38,180 nucleotides of DNA from Octopus bimaculoides (Eukaryota). The notes under the pieces were generated by a model, which made no database searches, was not told the DNA's origin, and was given only the letters and a program-made list of their open reading frames with translations. Position numbers and translations under genes: made by a program. The stretch is taken from contig NC_068997.1 in the NCBI RefSeq assembly GCF_001194135.2, forward strand, positions 23,196,351 to 23,234,530, in the 5' to 3' direction. Below are positions 1 through 13,583 of the stretch, piece after piece. How positions within the stretch are numbered: the first letter of the stretch is position 1; every line of letters starts with the position of its first letter.

Positions 1-325
1 GGGGGGGGGGGTTGTGTGTGTTTATATGTGAGTTTTTGCTAATGTTAGAAAGGAAACAAAATGGTGGATATCGCGTTTCATTTGGGAGTGTGTTTGTACG
101 CGTGCGTTTAATGCATGGTGTGGCGATGAGAATCTGAGCCCCGTAGAGCTTCATGTCATACAAAATAACCTTTTATGTATGGCTTATTGTCTTTGCGCAA
201 ATATGTATGTCTGTATGCATGCATGTGTGTGTATTTGTGTGTACCTGTGTCCCAGTCAGTAATACCAAATACGACGCTATGACTATGACAATCATCACAA
301 ACTACAGTCATTACTTTCATCGAAC

Positions 326-520
326 GCCACCGCCAATACCACCCGCGCCGTCGCCACAACCATCATCATCATCATCCTCATCATCATCATCGTCGTCGTC
401 GTCATAGTCGTTGTTATTGTCATTGTTGACGTCGTCGTCCCCACCACCACCACCACCACCACCACTGCCGCCGCCGCCACCACCACCACCACTACCACTA
501 CCACCATTACTATCACTTCC
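326..520. repeat. Compound trinucleotide microsatellite (CCA/CAT/CGT/CAC)n
   Basis: Runs of catcatcat, cgtcgtcgt and caccaccac read directly; they account for the low-complexity ORFs 153-407 and 295-522. Confidence 0.9.
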
Positions 521-524
521 ATTA

Positions 525-840
525 CTGAAGAGATAAAGTCGATTATATCGACGCCAGAGCGTAACTGGTACCTAATTAATCGACCCCGNNNNNNNNNNNN
601 NNNNNNNNNNNNNNNNNNNNNNNNNNNNNNNNNNNNNNNNNNNNNNNNNNNNNNNNNNNNNNNNNNNNNNNNNNNNNNNNNNNNNNNNNNNNNNNNNNNN
701 NNNNNNNNNNNNNNNNNNNNNNNNNNNNNNNNNNNNNNNNNNNNNNNNNNNNNNNNNNNNNNNNNNNNNNNGAAATGATAAAAAGTAAAGTCGACCTCGG
801 CGGAATTTGAACTCAGAACGTAACGGCAGACGAAATACCT
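525..840 (-). mobile_element. SINE family A, head-less tandem unit(s) spanning the gap 589-771
   Basis: 772-840 matches 956-1023 at offset 184, and 537-588 matches 905-956 at offset 368. On the minus strand the unit starts at internal GGTATTTCGTCTGCC and contains GTTCAAATTCC (box B). Confidence 0.85.
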
Positions 841-1070
841 ATTTCTTTACTGCCCACAAGGGGCTACACACAGAGGGGACAAACAAGGACAGACAAACGG
901 ATTAAGTCGATTATTTCGACTCCAGTGCGTAACTGGTACTTAATTTATCGACCCCGAAAGGATGAAAGGCAAAGTCGACCTCGGCGGAATTTGAACTCAG
1001 AACGCAGTGGCAGACGAAATACCGCTAAGCATTTCGCCCGGCGTGCTAACGATTCTGCCAGTTCGCCGCC
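841..1070 (-). mobile_element. tRNA-derived SINE family A, near full-length, young
   Basis: Minus strand reads GGCGGCGAACTGGCAGAATCGTTAGCACGCCGGGCGAAATGCTTAGCGG...GTTCAAATTCCGCCGAGGTCGACTTTGCCTTTCATCCTTTCGGGGTCGATAAATTAAGTACCAG, with Pol III box A-like and box B motifs. It is highly similar to 36454-36670. Confidence 0.92.
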
Positions 1071-1231
1071 TTTCTCAGCATTAATAATAACAATGGCAAC
1101 ACCAGTATCACCATCAGCCAAAAGAAACAACGACAACAACACCAGTAAACAAACCACCAGAATCATCTCAGCTAACAAGTATAAGAAGTAGATGGGTGAT
1201 TTCGTTATTATTTGTGAGTTGTTACCACGTG

Positions 1232-1248
1232 AACTGCTGCTGATGTTG

Positions 1249-1313
<65 letters not shown>

Positions 1314-1372
1314 GCTGCTGCTGCTGTTACTGTTGTAGTTACTGTTGTTGTTGTTGCTGCTGCTGCTGCTGG
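1232..1372. repeat. (CTG)/(CTA)/(GTT)n microsatellite
   Basis: Long ctactacta run flanked by ctg and gtt repeats. Confidence 0.95.
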
Positions 1373-1814
1373 TTACTTTGTGATTTAACACCGTCAATTT
1401 CCGTATAACTTCACCGGATTCTGCTGTCCCGGATGTAACAATGGCGGATGCTAGCGAAATAAATTTTTAACTTTGCTGTATTAAGTAATCTTGGCTGGAA
1501 GCCTTGTCTAGGCATATTTATTTTTCTATTATTTCTTTTTCTTATTTTTCTCAAGATAAATTAATTTTTTTACCTTTCCATTTTGCTTCTTCATTTCGCC
1601 TTGTCGGTATATTTTGCAATGTTATATCGTTGATTTTGTTATATTTGTAGAAGTCTTTATTGTTGTTGTTGTTATTATTGATGTTGCTGTTGTAATCATC
1701 ATCGTCGTCACTATTCTGTTGCATTTTGTCTTTTGATGTAGCCCTCAATGCCTTCAGTCCTCGTGGCTAATAAGAGAATTCATCATCATTGTTATTATTA
1801 TACGTATATATATA

Positions 1815-1981
1815 TATACGACGAGCTTCTTTCAGTTTCCGTCTACCAAATCCACTCACAAGGCTTTGGGCAGCCCGAAGCTATAGTAGAAGACACTTTC
1901 CCAAGGTGCCACGCAGTGGGACTGAATCTGGAACCATTTGGTTGGGAAGCGAGCTTCTTACTACACAGCCACGCCTGCGCC
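1815..1981 (-). mobile_element. SINE family B, 5' half (tRNA head plus CORE-like segment)
   Basis: Minus strand GGCGCAGGCGTGGCTGTGTAGTAAGAAGCTCGCTTCCC...GGCACCTTGGGAAAGTGTCTTCTACTATAGC...GGATTTGGTAGACGGAAACTGAAAGAAGCTCGTCGTATA. Homologous to 26486-26640 and 37397-37561. The CCTTGGGCAAGT-type motif resembles the CORE domain of MIR-like SINEs. Confidence 0.9.
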
Positions 1982-2530
1982 TATATATATATATATATAT
2001 NNNNNNNNNNNNNNNNNNNNNNNNNNNNNNNNNNNNNNNNNNNNNNNNNNNNNNNNNNNNNNNNNNNNNNNNNNNNNNNNNNNNNNNNNNNNNNNNNNNN
2101 NNNNNNNNNNNNNNNNNNNNNNNNNNNNNNNNNNNNNNNNNNNNNNNNNNNNNNNNNNNNNNNNNNNNNNNNNNNNNNNNNNNNNNNNNNNNNNNNNNNN
2201 NNNNNNNNNNNNNNNNNNNNNNNNNNNNNNNNNNNNNNNNNNNNNNNNNNNNNNNNNNNNNNNNNNNNNNNNNNNNNNNNNNNNNNNNNNNNNNNNNNNN
2301 NNNNNNNNNNNNNNNNNNNNNNNNNNNNNNNNNNNNNNNNNNNNNNNNNNNNNNNNNNNNNNNNNGTTTTTTTCTTTTTCATTTTTTTTTTCACGGGCTT
2401 CTAGCCAATAATATTGTATAAGAATGTTGTACATTGTAATAACAAGAAAGAAAATAGGAATAAATAAAAGGAATCTCGTAAAATATATGGGAAAATTACA
2501 GCTATAAATTATGGACATTATTTTAGCTAT

Positions 2531-2541
2531 TCTATATATTT

Positions 2542-2577
<36 letters not shown>

Positions 2578-2668
2578 ACTCTCGCTCTCTCTCTATATAT
2601 ATTTATGTGTGTGTGTGTGTGTGTGTGTATGTGTGTGTGTGTGTGTGTGTGTGCGTGCGTGCGTGTAT
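2531..2668. repeat. Compound (TC)n-(TA)n-(TG)n microsatellite
   Basis: Read directly. Confidence 0.9.
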
Positions 2669-2910
2669 AAATATTTTTCCCCTCCTTTAGTTTAAATATT
2701 ACATTATATATGACCTGACAGCATATAGTTCGCCTATAAAACCGTTTATGATATTTCAATTAATAGTAACTTAGTATGAGCTTGTTTGGTTGAAAACGCT
2801 TGACACCTTTCACTTACAATATATATTTATTTACTTATTTTGTTTATTTTTCTATCGATCTAATAAATGAGCATACCACTACGCGATCGCTCGATTTGCT
2901 AGATAATGTA

Positions 2911-3047
2911 GCTAACTGGCAAATGCGTTACAATTTTGGACACAATGAATATTCGGTATTTGTTACAGATTTCTACTTCTTGTTTTTATATTCCGCTGAA
3001 CTTAACTTTGCCTTTAGCCCTTTCGTTGTTGTTATATAAAGTATTAG
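2911..3047 (+). mobile_element. Old, degenerate SINE family A copy
   Basis: ctggcaaatgcgtta...cggtatttg...attccgctgaacttaactttgcctttagccctttcg...aaagtattag aligns colinearly by eye to family A ctggcagaatcgtta...cggtatttcg...attccgccgaggtcgactttgcctttcatcctttcg...taagtaccag. Confidence 0.6.
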
Positions 3048-3699
3048 TGCCGGGTGGTGGGTTAACTGAATTGTTAAAGCCTTCTGTGGTACTGAGAGGC
3101 AGATTTCATCTGTTAGTCCAATTAACACCAATAGTTATTCCTTGGGTAACCCTTGCGGAATATTCATCTGCAAAGCGCAATCGAACTAACTCCAAGTTTT
3201 GAGGACTACTCTCTTCTTTCATGGCATAAATTCCAGGCCTCACAAAATAAGGGGTTATGAGCAAAAACCTTCATATGCAGTGCAAGTAATTCCTCTCGAA
3301 CCACACATTATAAACACGTATCGATTAATATAGTCTGGTTAATAGTAAGCACAAGATAGCCACGGTTGGAGTGTCCTCGATTGTTGACTGCTCGACTAGG
3401 TCTGGCCTGGAGCTTTTTTCTATAATCTAGAGTGGATGGGATTGGAATAACTAAAATTTTCAGTGAATTACTCCACTAAGATTAACAATATTTAAAGAAA
3501 GGTTGGAATGTGTAACGGCGATTACACCCAATTTAAACGCAACCAGTTGAAAGTGACAGAAAATAAGACCGATAGAATAAAGAACAGATTTGAAATAACT
3601 ACTCTAGTTAAAACGATCATCTACAGCCATTAAAATAATGTTCCAGCATGGCCAATGGGTAAAAGATTTAAAGAATTGAATTTCCATGAATTGCACTGG

Positions 3700-3878
3700 T
3701 ACTCGTTTATTCTTTTATTCTTTTACCTGTTTCAGTGATTAGGCTGCGGCCATGCTGCAGCACCGCCTTAAAGGGTTTTAGTCGAAGAAATAAATCTCAG
3801 GGCTTATTCTTTGTAAGCCTAGTATTTATTCTACCGTCACTTTTGCCGAGTCGTTAAGTTACGGGGATGTAAACACAC
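3700..3878 (-). mobile_element. SINE family B, 3' half
   Basis: ttttacctgtttcagtgattaggctgcggccatgctgcagcaccgcc...ttattctttgtaagcctagtatttattcta...ttgccgagtcgttaagttacggggatgtaaacac is the reverse-complement counterpart of 26720-26870. It runs into (CA)n and a gap. Confidence 0.85.
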
Positions 3879-3918
3879 AAACGCATACAGAGATACACAC
3901 ACACGCACACAGCCGCAA

Positions 3919-3960
<42 letters not shown>

Positions 3961-5256
3961 NNNNNNNNNNNNNNNNNNNNNNNNNNNNNNNNNNNNNNNN
4001 NNNNNNNNNNNNNNNNNNNNNNNNNNNNNNNNNNNNNNNNNNNNNNNNNNNNNNNNNNNNNNNNNNNNNNNNNNNNNNNNNNNNNNNNNNNNNNNNNNNN
4101 NNNNNNNNNNNNNNNNNNNNNNNNNNNNNNNNNNNNNNNNNNNNNNNNNNNNNNNNNNNNNNNNNNNNNNNNNNNNNNNNNNNNNNNNNNNNNNNNNNNN
4201 NNNNNNNNNNNNNNNNNNNNNNNNNNNNNNNNNNNNNNNNNNNNNNNNNNNNNNNNNNNNNNNNNNNNNNNNNNNNNNNNNNNNNNNNNNNNNNNNNNNN
4301 NNNNNNNNNNNNNNNNNNNNNNNNNNNNNNNNNNNNNNTATATATATATATATATGCATCATATAGTATGTATGTATCTATGCAGGGAATGGCATTGGAC
4401 ATTTTGGGGATCTTTGGTTTGTGCTAGAGATCACGGCGCTAATACATCGCTGAGCCTGCGATTTATATTGGCACCAGACATCTTGCTCCGGCTTGTCCCT
4501 GGATAATGTCAATAAAGTGGAGAGGGTCTATGAGGTGTTGTGCAAGCCATATTGAACCTAAACTCTGCACAGGCATTGACGACCTCTGCTCGATATGTGC
4601 GTTTTTTTCCCCTATATATATTTATCTTATTTTTAGTATATATTTATCTTATTTTTAGTTGTCCTAGAGCGCACAATGTTCCTTAAGGTCGGCAATGGTC
4701 TTCCTCGTTCACGAGTGGACGGCCATCATCATGTATGTATGTATGTATCTTCACGACGCAATATCAGACAACCAGTGACGAGAAAAGAGTTAATTCGAAT
4801 AAGAATCTGAAATTCTTATTTTTTGAAGCTTGCCCACCCTCATGACAGTTTCTTCAACATTTTTAAAGTGTATTATTCTCGAGTAAGCTGTTTGGTGGCC
4901 TAATAAAACAGAAGCAAGATGCAGAGACAGACATTTATTAAATTGGGCACCATAGGTTGCGAGATGTACGGATAAGGCGACGGAAAGAAAGAGAAATTAG
5001 AAAGAAAAAGAAAAAAGGAAAGATACAAAGAAAGAAACAAACAAAGACATTTATAATTGCTCAAATAAGATAGCTTAGAATTAATTATCTAAACAGGATA
5101 AAGAAAAGAAAAATAGCCCGGACAAGGAATTGCAATGTTGAAATAATGAAAATGGCGACCGAACGTGGCAAACAGAGGAAAACTAAAAAAATATATAAGA
5201 AAATAAGAAAACTGAAAAAAAAAAAAAAACAGACAAAATAATAAAGGGTTAGATTC

Positions 5257-5265
<9 letters not shown>

Positions 5266-5301
<36 letters not shown>

Positions 5302-5316
5302 TAGATATATCGATAG

Positions 5317-5367
<51 letters not shown>

Positions 5368-5427
5368 TGATAGATAAATAAAAGGAGAGTAAGAAAGAGA
5401 GACATAAAAAATAAAGATAAACTGTGA

Positions 5428-5515
<88 letters not shown>

Positions 5516-5522
5516 TAGAAAG
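5266..5522. repeat. (GACA)n-(GATA)n-(GA)n microsatellite cluster
   Basis: Read directly; explains the SLSLSL ORFs at 5085-5727. Confidence 0.95.
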
Positions 5523-5664
5523 AGAAAGAAGTAGTTTGAGAGGAAGGAGACATAGTAAGATCAACGAATCGTGTGATTGGGTGAAATAATGAAGTCCAAA
5601 ATAACAGGGATACAACAGTGACGGCGACGACAACGACGATGACAATGGTGATGAAGATGATGAC

Positions 5665-5714
<50 letters not shown>

Positions 5715-5782
5715 CGATTAAGACCATGTTGATTATGATGATGATGACGATGATGATGACAGTAATAGTTGTTCTATTAGTA

Positions 5783-5985
5783 GTTGCTACTTAGTTCCAC
5801 ATCAGCAATGATTTAGGAAATACGTGATGTGAAAGGCGTTCTAGCCGTGGCCATCTTGGATTTTTGATACACAAAGGAAACCAGACTCGTAGCATTCAAG
5901 ACACGAGTTCTAAGAACGTAGAGTGATTTCATTCAGAGAAGATTTGGCTGCTATTTCTGACAGCTTCAGTCACTACGTAGAGGCC
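5783..5985 (+). mobile_element. Dispersed repeat family E, degenerate copy
   Basis: aaaggcgttctagccgtggccatc (5832-5855) matches 18934-18957 at 20 of 24 positions. gatttggctgctatttct (5941-5958) recurs at about 19077, 26084, 26268 and 33640. Confidence 0.65.
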
Positions 5986-6074
5986 AAGTGTTTGACCCGT
6001 TGTTGCTGTAGTTGCTGTTGATGTCATCATTTGTTTTTGACTTTGTTGGCGGTGTTGCTTCCCGGTAGTGGGAA

Positions 6075-6246
6075 ATGACGACGACGGTGTTGATGAAGAC
6101 GAAGATGATGATGGTGGTGGTGGTGATGATGGTGGTAGGGGGCCCTAGTTGTGGTGGTAGTGGTTGTGGTGGTGGTTGTGGTGGTGGTAGTGGTGGTGGT
6201 GGTTGGTGTGGTAGTTGGTGGTTGGTGGGGCTGGTGAATAGTTGTA

Positions 6247-6285
<39 letters not shown>

Positions 6286-6580
6286 GTAATGGTGGTGGTA
6301 GTGGTGGTGCTGGTGTTAGTGGTGGTTGTGGTTGCTGGTGGAGCTGAGTGGTAGCCATGATGGTGGTGATGATGATGATGATGTTTATGATGATGTTGGA
6401 GGTGGTGACGATTACTATGATGACGATGAAGATCAAGATGATGGTGATAGTGATGGTGATGATGATGATGATGATGATGATGACGATGATGTTGGTGATG
6501 ATGATGAGATTGCTGCTGCTGCTGTTGATGATGATGATGATGATGACGACGACGATGGTGGTGGTGATGCTGATGACGAT
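6075..6580. repeat. (GAT)/(GGT)n compound trinucleotide tract
   Basis: Read directly; a similar (GAT)n run lies at 5640-5760. Confidence 0.92.
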
Positions 6581-6741
6581 TGAAGGAAGAAGAGGAAAGA
6601 AGAATTTAGGAAAGCAAAAGAAACAAGCGTCCAAAGCAGGAAGATTTATACTGGTGTAGTGAACCGGAAGTGAAGTTGGGGGGTCTCGTATTTCTCTAAA
6701 GATGGCAGTGAAATTGAATGGTGGGGAAAATAAGACAAACG

Positions 6742-6813
6742 GCAGCAGCAGCAGCAGCAGCACAACCACCACCACAACTACGACTACCACCCCTACCACA
6801 ACCATCACCACCG

Positions 6814-6859
<46 letters not shown>

Positions 6860-6915
6860 CATCCTCACCACCACCATTACTATCCTAACTATCACCATCA
6901 CCACAAATAATACCA
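6742..6915. repeat. (CAG)/(CAC)/(CTA)n tract
   Basis: Read directly. Confidence 0.9.
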
Positions 6916-7454
6916 ACAGCATGCTTGCTTGAGCTATTAGAAACTGCAGCTAAATGCCTTTTGAAATCATAAGCCTAGGCTTTGGCTAATATGACTCTAA
7001 ATGCATTTTGGATGAAAAATAAAAGACAGTGTGGTCACACCTGGAACGTCTGTGATCTTAGATTTGCTCAGTGTGATCTAACCTGGTGTTAAACAAGAAC
7101 GAAACAATTGCTGCAATTGTAACAATGGCCAAAGTTAGAAAATGCAGTTTTGAAACGCCTTGAAAAATTAAAAAAAAACAAAAAAAAAAAAACAAGCAAG
7201 CAAGCCAATGAGTCTGCTTGAATGCGGTCAGTTAATGTTCTGGTAGAGATAGCAGCTAGATCTACCTCGAATTAAACCCTGCACTGAGGGTTTTTCTGTT
7301 TCCTTTGTGTTTTTCTGCCCCCCCCCCCCACCAACATAGTAATAATAACATTCAAACGATTTAGTTGTAGGTAGACAATGGTCAAAATATGGTAAGGCTT
7401 TCTGAGCACTGATATGGGACGAAACGAATCACTGCAACGATATAAGAGCGCACA

Positions 7455-7486
7455 ATAACAGCAACAACAACAACAACAGCAGCAGC

Positions 7487-7528
<42 letters not shown>

Positions 7529-7925
7529 AATGATGATAATAACTACGACAGCAACAAATTAACAGCAACAAGCAATAACCACAACACCAACAACAGCAAT
7601 ATCACAGCAAATACCAATTACAGAAAAAAAAAACAGAATAGCAATATTAAAGAAAAACAACAATAACAACAAACTCAACACCTACAACATGAACAACCTC
7701 AATAACAACAACAACAACAACCACAACAACAACAACAACAAGCACAACAACAACAACAACGGTGACTTCAAAAATAAGAAAAGAAACATTCTCACAAAAA
7801 AAAAAGCCAATCTCAGTTAAAACTCAAAAAGAAACCACCAACAACAACAACAACAATAATCTCTTGAAAACCTCAAAAACGTTAACAACAACATTAGCGA
7901 CAACAACAGCAAGAAAACAACAACA
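7455..7925. repeat. (CAA)n-rich degenerate tract
   Basis: Read directly. Confidence 0.9.
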
Positions 7926-8108
7926 AAATGGCTGCTGTCGAGCGTCGCATGAAATTTAGATTGTACTATCAGTTCAGTCATAAATTTTACAAACCGATGT
8001 CTCTACTATTTGGATAGTTTCTTCTTATTTTCTTTTGAGTTCCTCTCTCCTTTCTACCTCAGCCTTTTCTCCATCTCTCTTACTACCTCTCCTAATCCTT
8101 ACTCTCTC

Positions 8109-8184
<76 letters not shown>

Positions 8185-8299
8185 GCTCTCTCTCTCTCTC
8201 TCTCTGTACTTCGCCATCTTTATTTAAATGGCTGTGTTGTGGGTTGCTTTGCTGTGCACCGTTATTGATGGAAGGAAGTTAGCGGTTGTGAAACTGTTG

Positions 8300-9550
<1,251 letters not shown>

Positions 9551-9659
9551 GTCTTAAGATTTACTACGCAACTAATTGAAGGACTCGTCATATACAATGC
9601 TATCGTTAGAACATTGAGAGAACGAGAAGGTAAAAGTGGTTATGCATGAATGCGCATGC

Positions 9660-10050
9660 CCGTGTACGTGTGTGTGAGTGCATATCTAAGTGTGTGTATG
9701 TGTGAGTGTGCATGTGTGAGTGTCTGTGTGCGAGCGTAAGAGAGTGTGTTAACGACGTAGAGTTAGAGACTAAGATTGATATATACTTTAAGATACATGT
9801 ATATATATATATACTATGAACGTATATATGTCTGTGTGTATGTATGTACGTATGCATGTGTGTGTATGAGTGTATGTATGTATGCATGTATGTATGTGTG
9901 TATATATGTGCGTATGTATGTATGTATGTATGTATGTATGTATGTATGTATATAAATAAGTGTATGTATATACACTTACGAGTGCCTACACACGCATACA
10001 CGCACATGTACGCACACACGTGTTTCTGTGCGCATGTTTGTTTATAAATT
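9660..10050. repeat. (TG)/(TATG)n compound microsatellite
   Basis: Read directly. Confidence 0.88.
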
Positions 10051-10407
10051 GTAGAAGGAATACATAACAATAAAAGAATCTTGGTTTTATATATTGCTCT
10101 TTTGTTTTAGATTTCAATTTTGGTACTTCCTTCTTTTATTTTAGTTTTTGTTCGTTAAAGACGGAACAGTTTGTTCGATTGGCAGCAGCAAATCAATATT
10201 GTGTTTTGATGAAAAACAAAGAAGGATGCAGGAAAAAATAAATTGACATGGCGACCGACAATATTTAGATGACCATCGATAATGGCTGACCTTTTATTCG
10301 CTAAATCGATTGAGAAGAGAGAGATACGGGAACAGAACAGAGGTGGCGGTTATACCACTTGGATTGTCTAAACAATTTTGATATATTCGAAAATAGGTTT
10401 AAGCATG

Positions 10408-10452
<45 letters not shown>

Positions 10453-10513
10453 GTGCGTGTGTGTGTGTGTGAGTATGTGTGTGTATATCTATATCTGTTT
10501 CGATATCTCTATA

Positions 10514-10804
10514 CGAGATGTAATCAATAAGTATCCGGATACCTCTGAGCAGGTATCGTCAAGCTTTTGACAAAATTTGATGCATCTTCTCTGCTCAACT
10601 TTCTCTGCCGTGGTCAATGCGACGATCACACGCTACACGCGCTCCTTCCGAGTACTGCTGTACACAACAGAAGTAAGCTAGATCGTTAAAATTCTATGTC
10701 CAAATACAACAGCGGCTGCGGTCAATTTGTGCCGAGCAGCTTTACTCTGTATACTTTAGTTCCGTTACTATGACAACAATCCGGATACCTATTGATTAGA
10801 CCAC

Positions 10805-10805
<1 letters not shown>
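10514..10805 (-). mobile_element. Internally deleted Tc1/mariner (mariner-type) non-autonomous DNA transposon, 292 bp
   Basis: 27-bp TIRs: CGAGATGTAATCAATAAGTATCCGGAT (10514-10540) versus the reverse complement of 10779-10805, CGTGGTCTAATCAATAGGTATCCGGAT (23 of 27 identical). TA dinucleotides flank both ends (10512-13, 10806-07). A transposase N-terminal remnant lies on the minus strand. Confidence 0.92.
10543..10611 (-). pseudogene. Mariner transposase N-terminal remnant
   Basis: Translates (ACG in place of ATG) TAEKVEQRRCIKFCQKLDDTCSE, matching the typical mariner N-terminus EQRxxIKFCxKLG. It is fused directly to the opposite TIR. Confidence 0.85.
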
Positions 10806-10836
<31 letters not shown>

Positions 10837-11204
10837 GTAAGTGTTTATGTCTCTCTCTACATATATATGTATGTATATGTATATATAAATATGTAATTAT
10901 ACATATATAAATATATATATTAGGAAAATAAAAATAAGAAATAAGTGGAAATTCTACCGGTGAGTGTGTTAAATTATAAGGCACTTTGTATTTCAACAAC
11001 AAATGTACTGTGCTCTCTACTCCAGGCCATGGTGTTACAATCTGAAACAAGACAAAAAATGGCGTTAAATGAATTTCATAGAAAAGTGTTTGTTTTCTTT
11101 TATTAACGTTTGAAATTGGAGCTTTCTTTCTGCCGCACCCTGTATACGTACATAGTTATACGCTGCCTTGAAGAAATTTGCCACAGTTCTTCTTTTATGG
11201 CTTA

Positions 11205-11483
11205 TCGTTTGCCGAACTGCTAGGTTACGGAGACGTAAACATAACAACACCAGTAGTCAAAGACACACACACCAACACACATACACACAGACAGACACAG
11301 ACACGTGCGCGCGCGCATACACACACAGATTCCAGTTTCCGTCCACCAAGTCCTCTCACATGGAATTAATTGGTCGGCTCGAGGCTGTAGAAGACACATG
11401 CCCAAAGCACCACGCAGTTGAACTGAACACAGAACGATGCGGTTGAGTAGCAAGCTTCTTACCTCAAAGTTACGCCTGCACCT
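11205..11483 (-). mobile_element. SINE family B, older diverged copy with internal (CA)n
   Basis: tttgccgaactgctaggttacggagacgtaaac...(CA)n...cagtttccgtccacc...gtagaagacacatgcccaaagcaccacgcagt...gcaagcttcttacc...acgcctgcacct is colinear with 37222-37561. Confidence 0.8.
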
Positions 11484-12069
11484 ATGTGAATCCAGCAAAA
11501 CAAAATTATAACATTAAAAAGGTATGATGTTCAATCGTACTGCAGAATACATTTTTTACCGATTTTGAACCAAAACTCTCTTATAAGGTGTTAACACCTT
11601 AACTCTGTACACAATATAGATATAATGTGATCCTTCAATATTGTGGACAGATAATGAAGGACCTACCAGACTAGTTTCATGAATAATTGAAAAGTTTAAC
11701 TATCCACGGAGTCACTACTTGCAGCCTCATTATGAAGGAAGGTTTATGTATATTGGTTAGACTAATTTGAATATATATCATTCTTAGAAATTTGTTCGTT
11801 GAATAAATTGCTAGAGCCTTAGGAGTGTTTTGTTTCTATGCTTTATTTTATTCTAGAATGTTTCTATAAATTTTTGGCTAGCAAATATATGTAGATAGTT
11901 GTAAACGTCTTGTCTTTATAATCATTACAATCGTGGACTAAAGAGACATTGATTTTGCCGTGTTAAGATTTTGTCAACGACTGAAAACCGTCTTTAACTG
12001 CTAACAATTACTAAGGCCATAAATAAAATGAATGGACCAATTTGCATATATGACGCATTCTTGGCCTAT

Positions 12070-12270
12070 GTATGTATATATATATACGTATGTATGTATG
12101 TATGTATGTATGTATGTATGTGTATGTATATATACATATGTGTATGTACATATACGTAAATAATATATATATGTATATATATAGGTGTGTGTGTATATGT
12201 ATGTCTGTATGTGGATATGTGGATATTTGTATATTTTTATATATATACTTATGTATGTATATGCATATGT
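12070..12270. repeat. (TATG)/(TA)n microsatellite
   Basis: Read directly. Confidence 0.88.
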
Positions 12271-13484
12271 CTATTTTTCACAAGAAAGAAAATTGTATAC
12301 GTGTTCATTACAGCATAAATGTACAAGTGTTTATTGCAAAATACAAGATAAAAAGAACTTAGCATCAAAGCTTCAAATCTTTCATTAATGCAACTAGGTG
12401 AGAGAAATAGAGAAAGAGAAAGAGTGAGGCAGGCAGACAGTCAGACAGACAAAGATTGAGAGACCGTCTCTACATTACAGGCAATGATCTTAACACACTT
12501 GTTACAAACACAACACTGGGTGAAGGATGGTCGGGTGACTGAACGTCTGCAGATTCCATTGATCGTCCGTGGATTTAGCAAATTTTCTCCTCGCAAAATA
12601 ATGAATTTATACCAAAGAACAAATACCGAGAAAAAGCAATACATTTTAATAAACTGAAATAGAAGATTTTGACTCTTGCTTTGGCTTTCGAGACAATAAG
12701 GCAGCTAATTCTCAAGGAGTTAATTTTGTTCTGTGAGAAGAGGACGAAAGAGGTGTCGGAGAGTAATTAAGCTAAGTAGAAGGAATTGTTGAAGCACTGC
12801 TGCAAGAATGGAAGGAGTGCTACGTGTTTGTCTGTGCAGGTTGGTTATTGAGTGTCTGCAGGTCGTACCCTTGGTAAAGCGTATACAATCCTAAGCAATA
12901 TAACTGTGGCTCTCAATCATTTTTTGCCTTTGGACTCCTTTGATATCTGTTTTGCTTAGGGAGAATAAACCCTCATAGCCAGTTTATTGCACATAAATTT
13001 TAGCAACAAAATCTTATATATGTCGCCAAACAGGCCCCGGTTGACAACAATTTCAGTGCAGGAAGGCACAGAAGAAGAACGGAAACGAACAACGAAGAGG
13101 CTGTTGAGAAGACATTGTGAGTTCGTTGTATGGAAAAGACCTGATCAATAACGTCAGTAATATTCCTGTTTGACTCAGGCTTAAATGTGGTCAAATTATG
13201 TCAGATGGCTAGAATAAGGGTGTACGTTTTAAGAACCATAGCTCTCATTTATTACAGGATACAGCACTGATGACGTGTCCATGTATTGCATCTGAAGATG
13301 TAGGACGAACTCACTAAAATATTTCGTTCTTGACTTTAGACACGCAAATATTTCCATAGCACTTTTTACATTTATCTCCTTGCATAATAGCATATTCTTT
13401 TGACAAAATTACCGAAGAATTTCTGAATGTTAGGTCATAGATATCTGTAAATATATTTGTACAAGTTTTAGTTTACTAAAGATT

Positions 13485-13486
13485 CC

Positions 13487-13580
<94 letters not shown>
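13485..13580. repeat. (TC)n microsatellite
   Basis: Nearly pure TC run of about 90 bp. Confidence 0.97.

Positions 13581-13583
<3 letters not shown>

Noticed and set aside
4400-4735. GC-richer segment that might be a LINE 3' end (KVERV-like peptide, catcatcat end), with a 22-bp tandem duplication at 4615-4658
   Set aside because: Multiple stops, and similarity too weak to assign without a search.
13261-13320. CTGATGA...GGACGAAC
   Set aside because: GAAC instead of GAAA, and poor stem II register.
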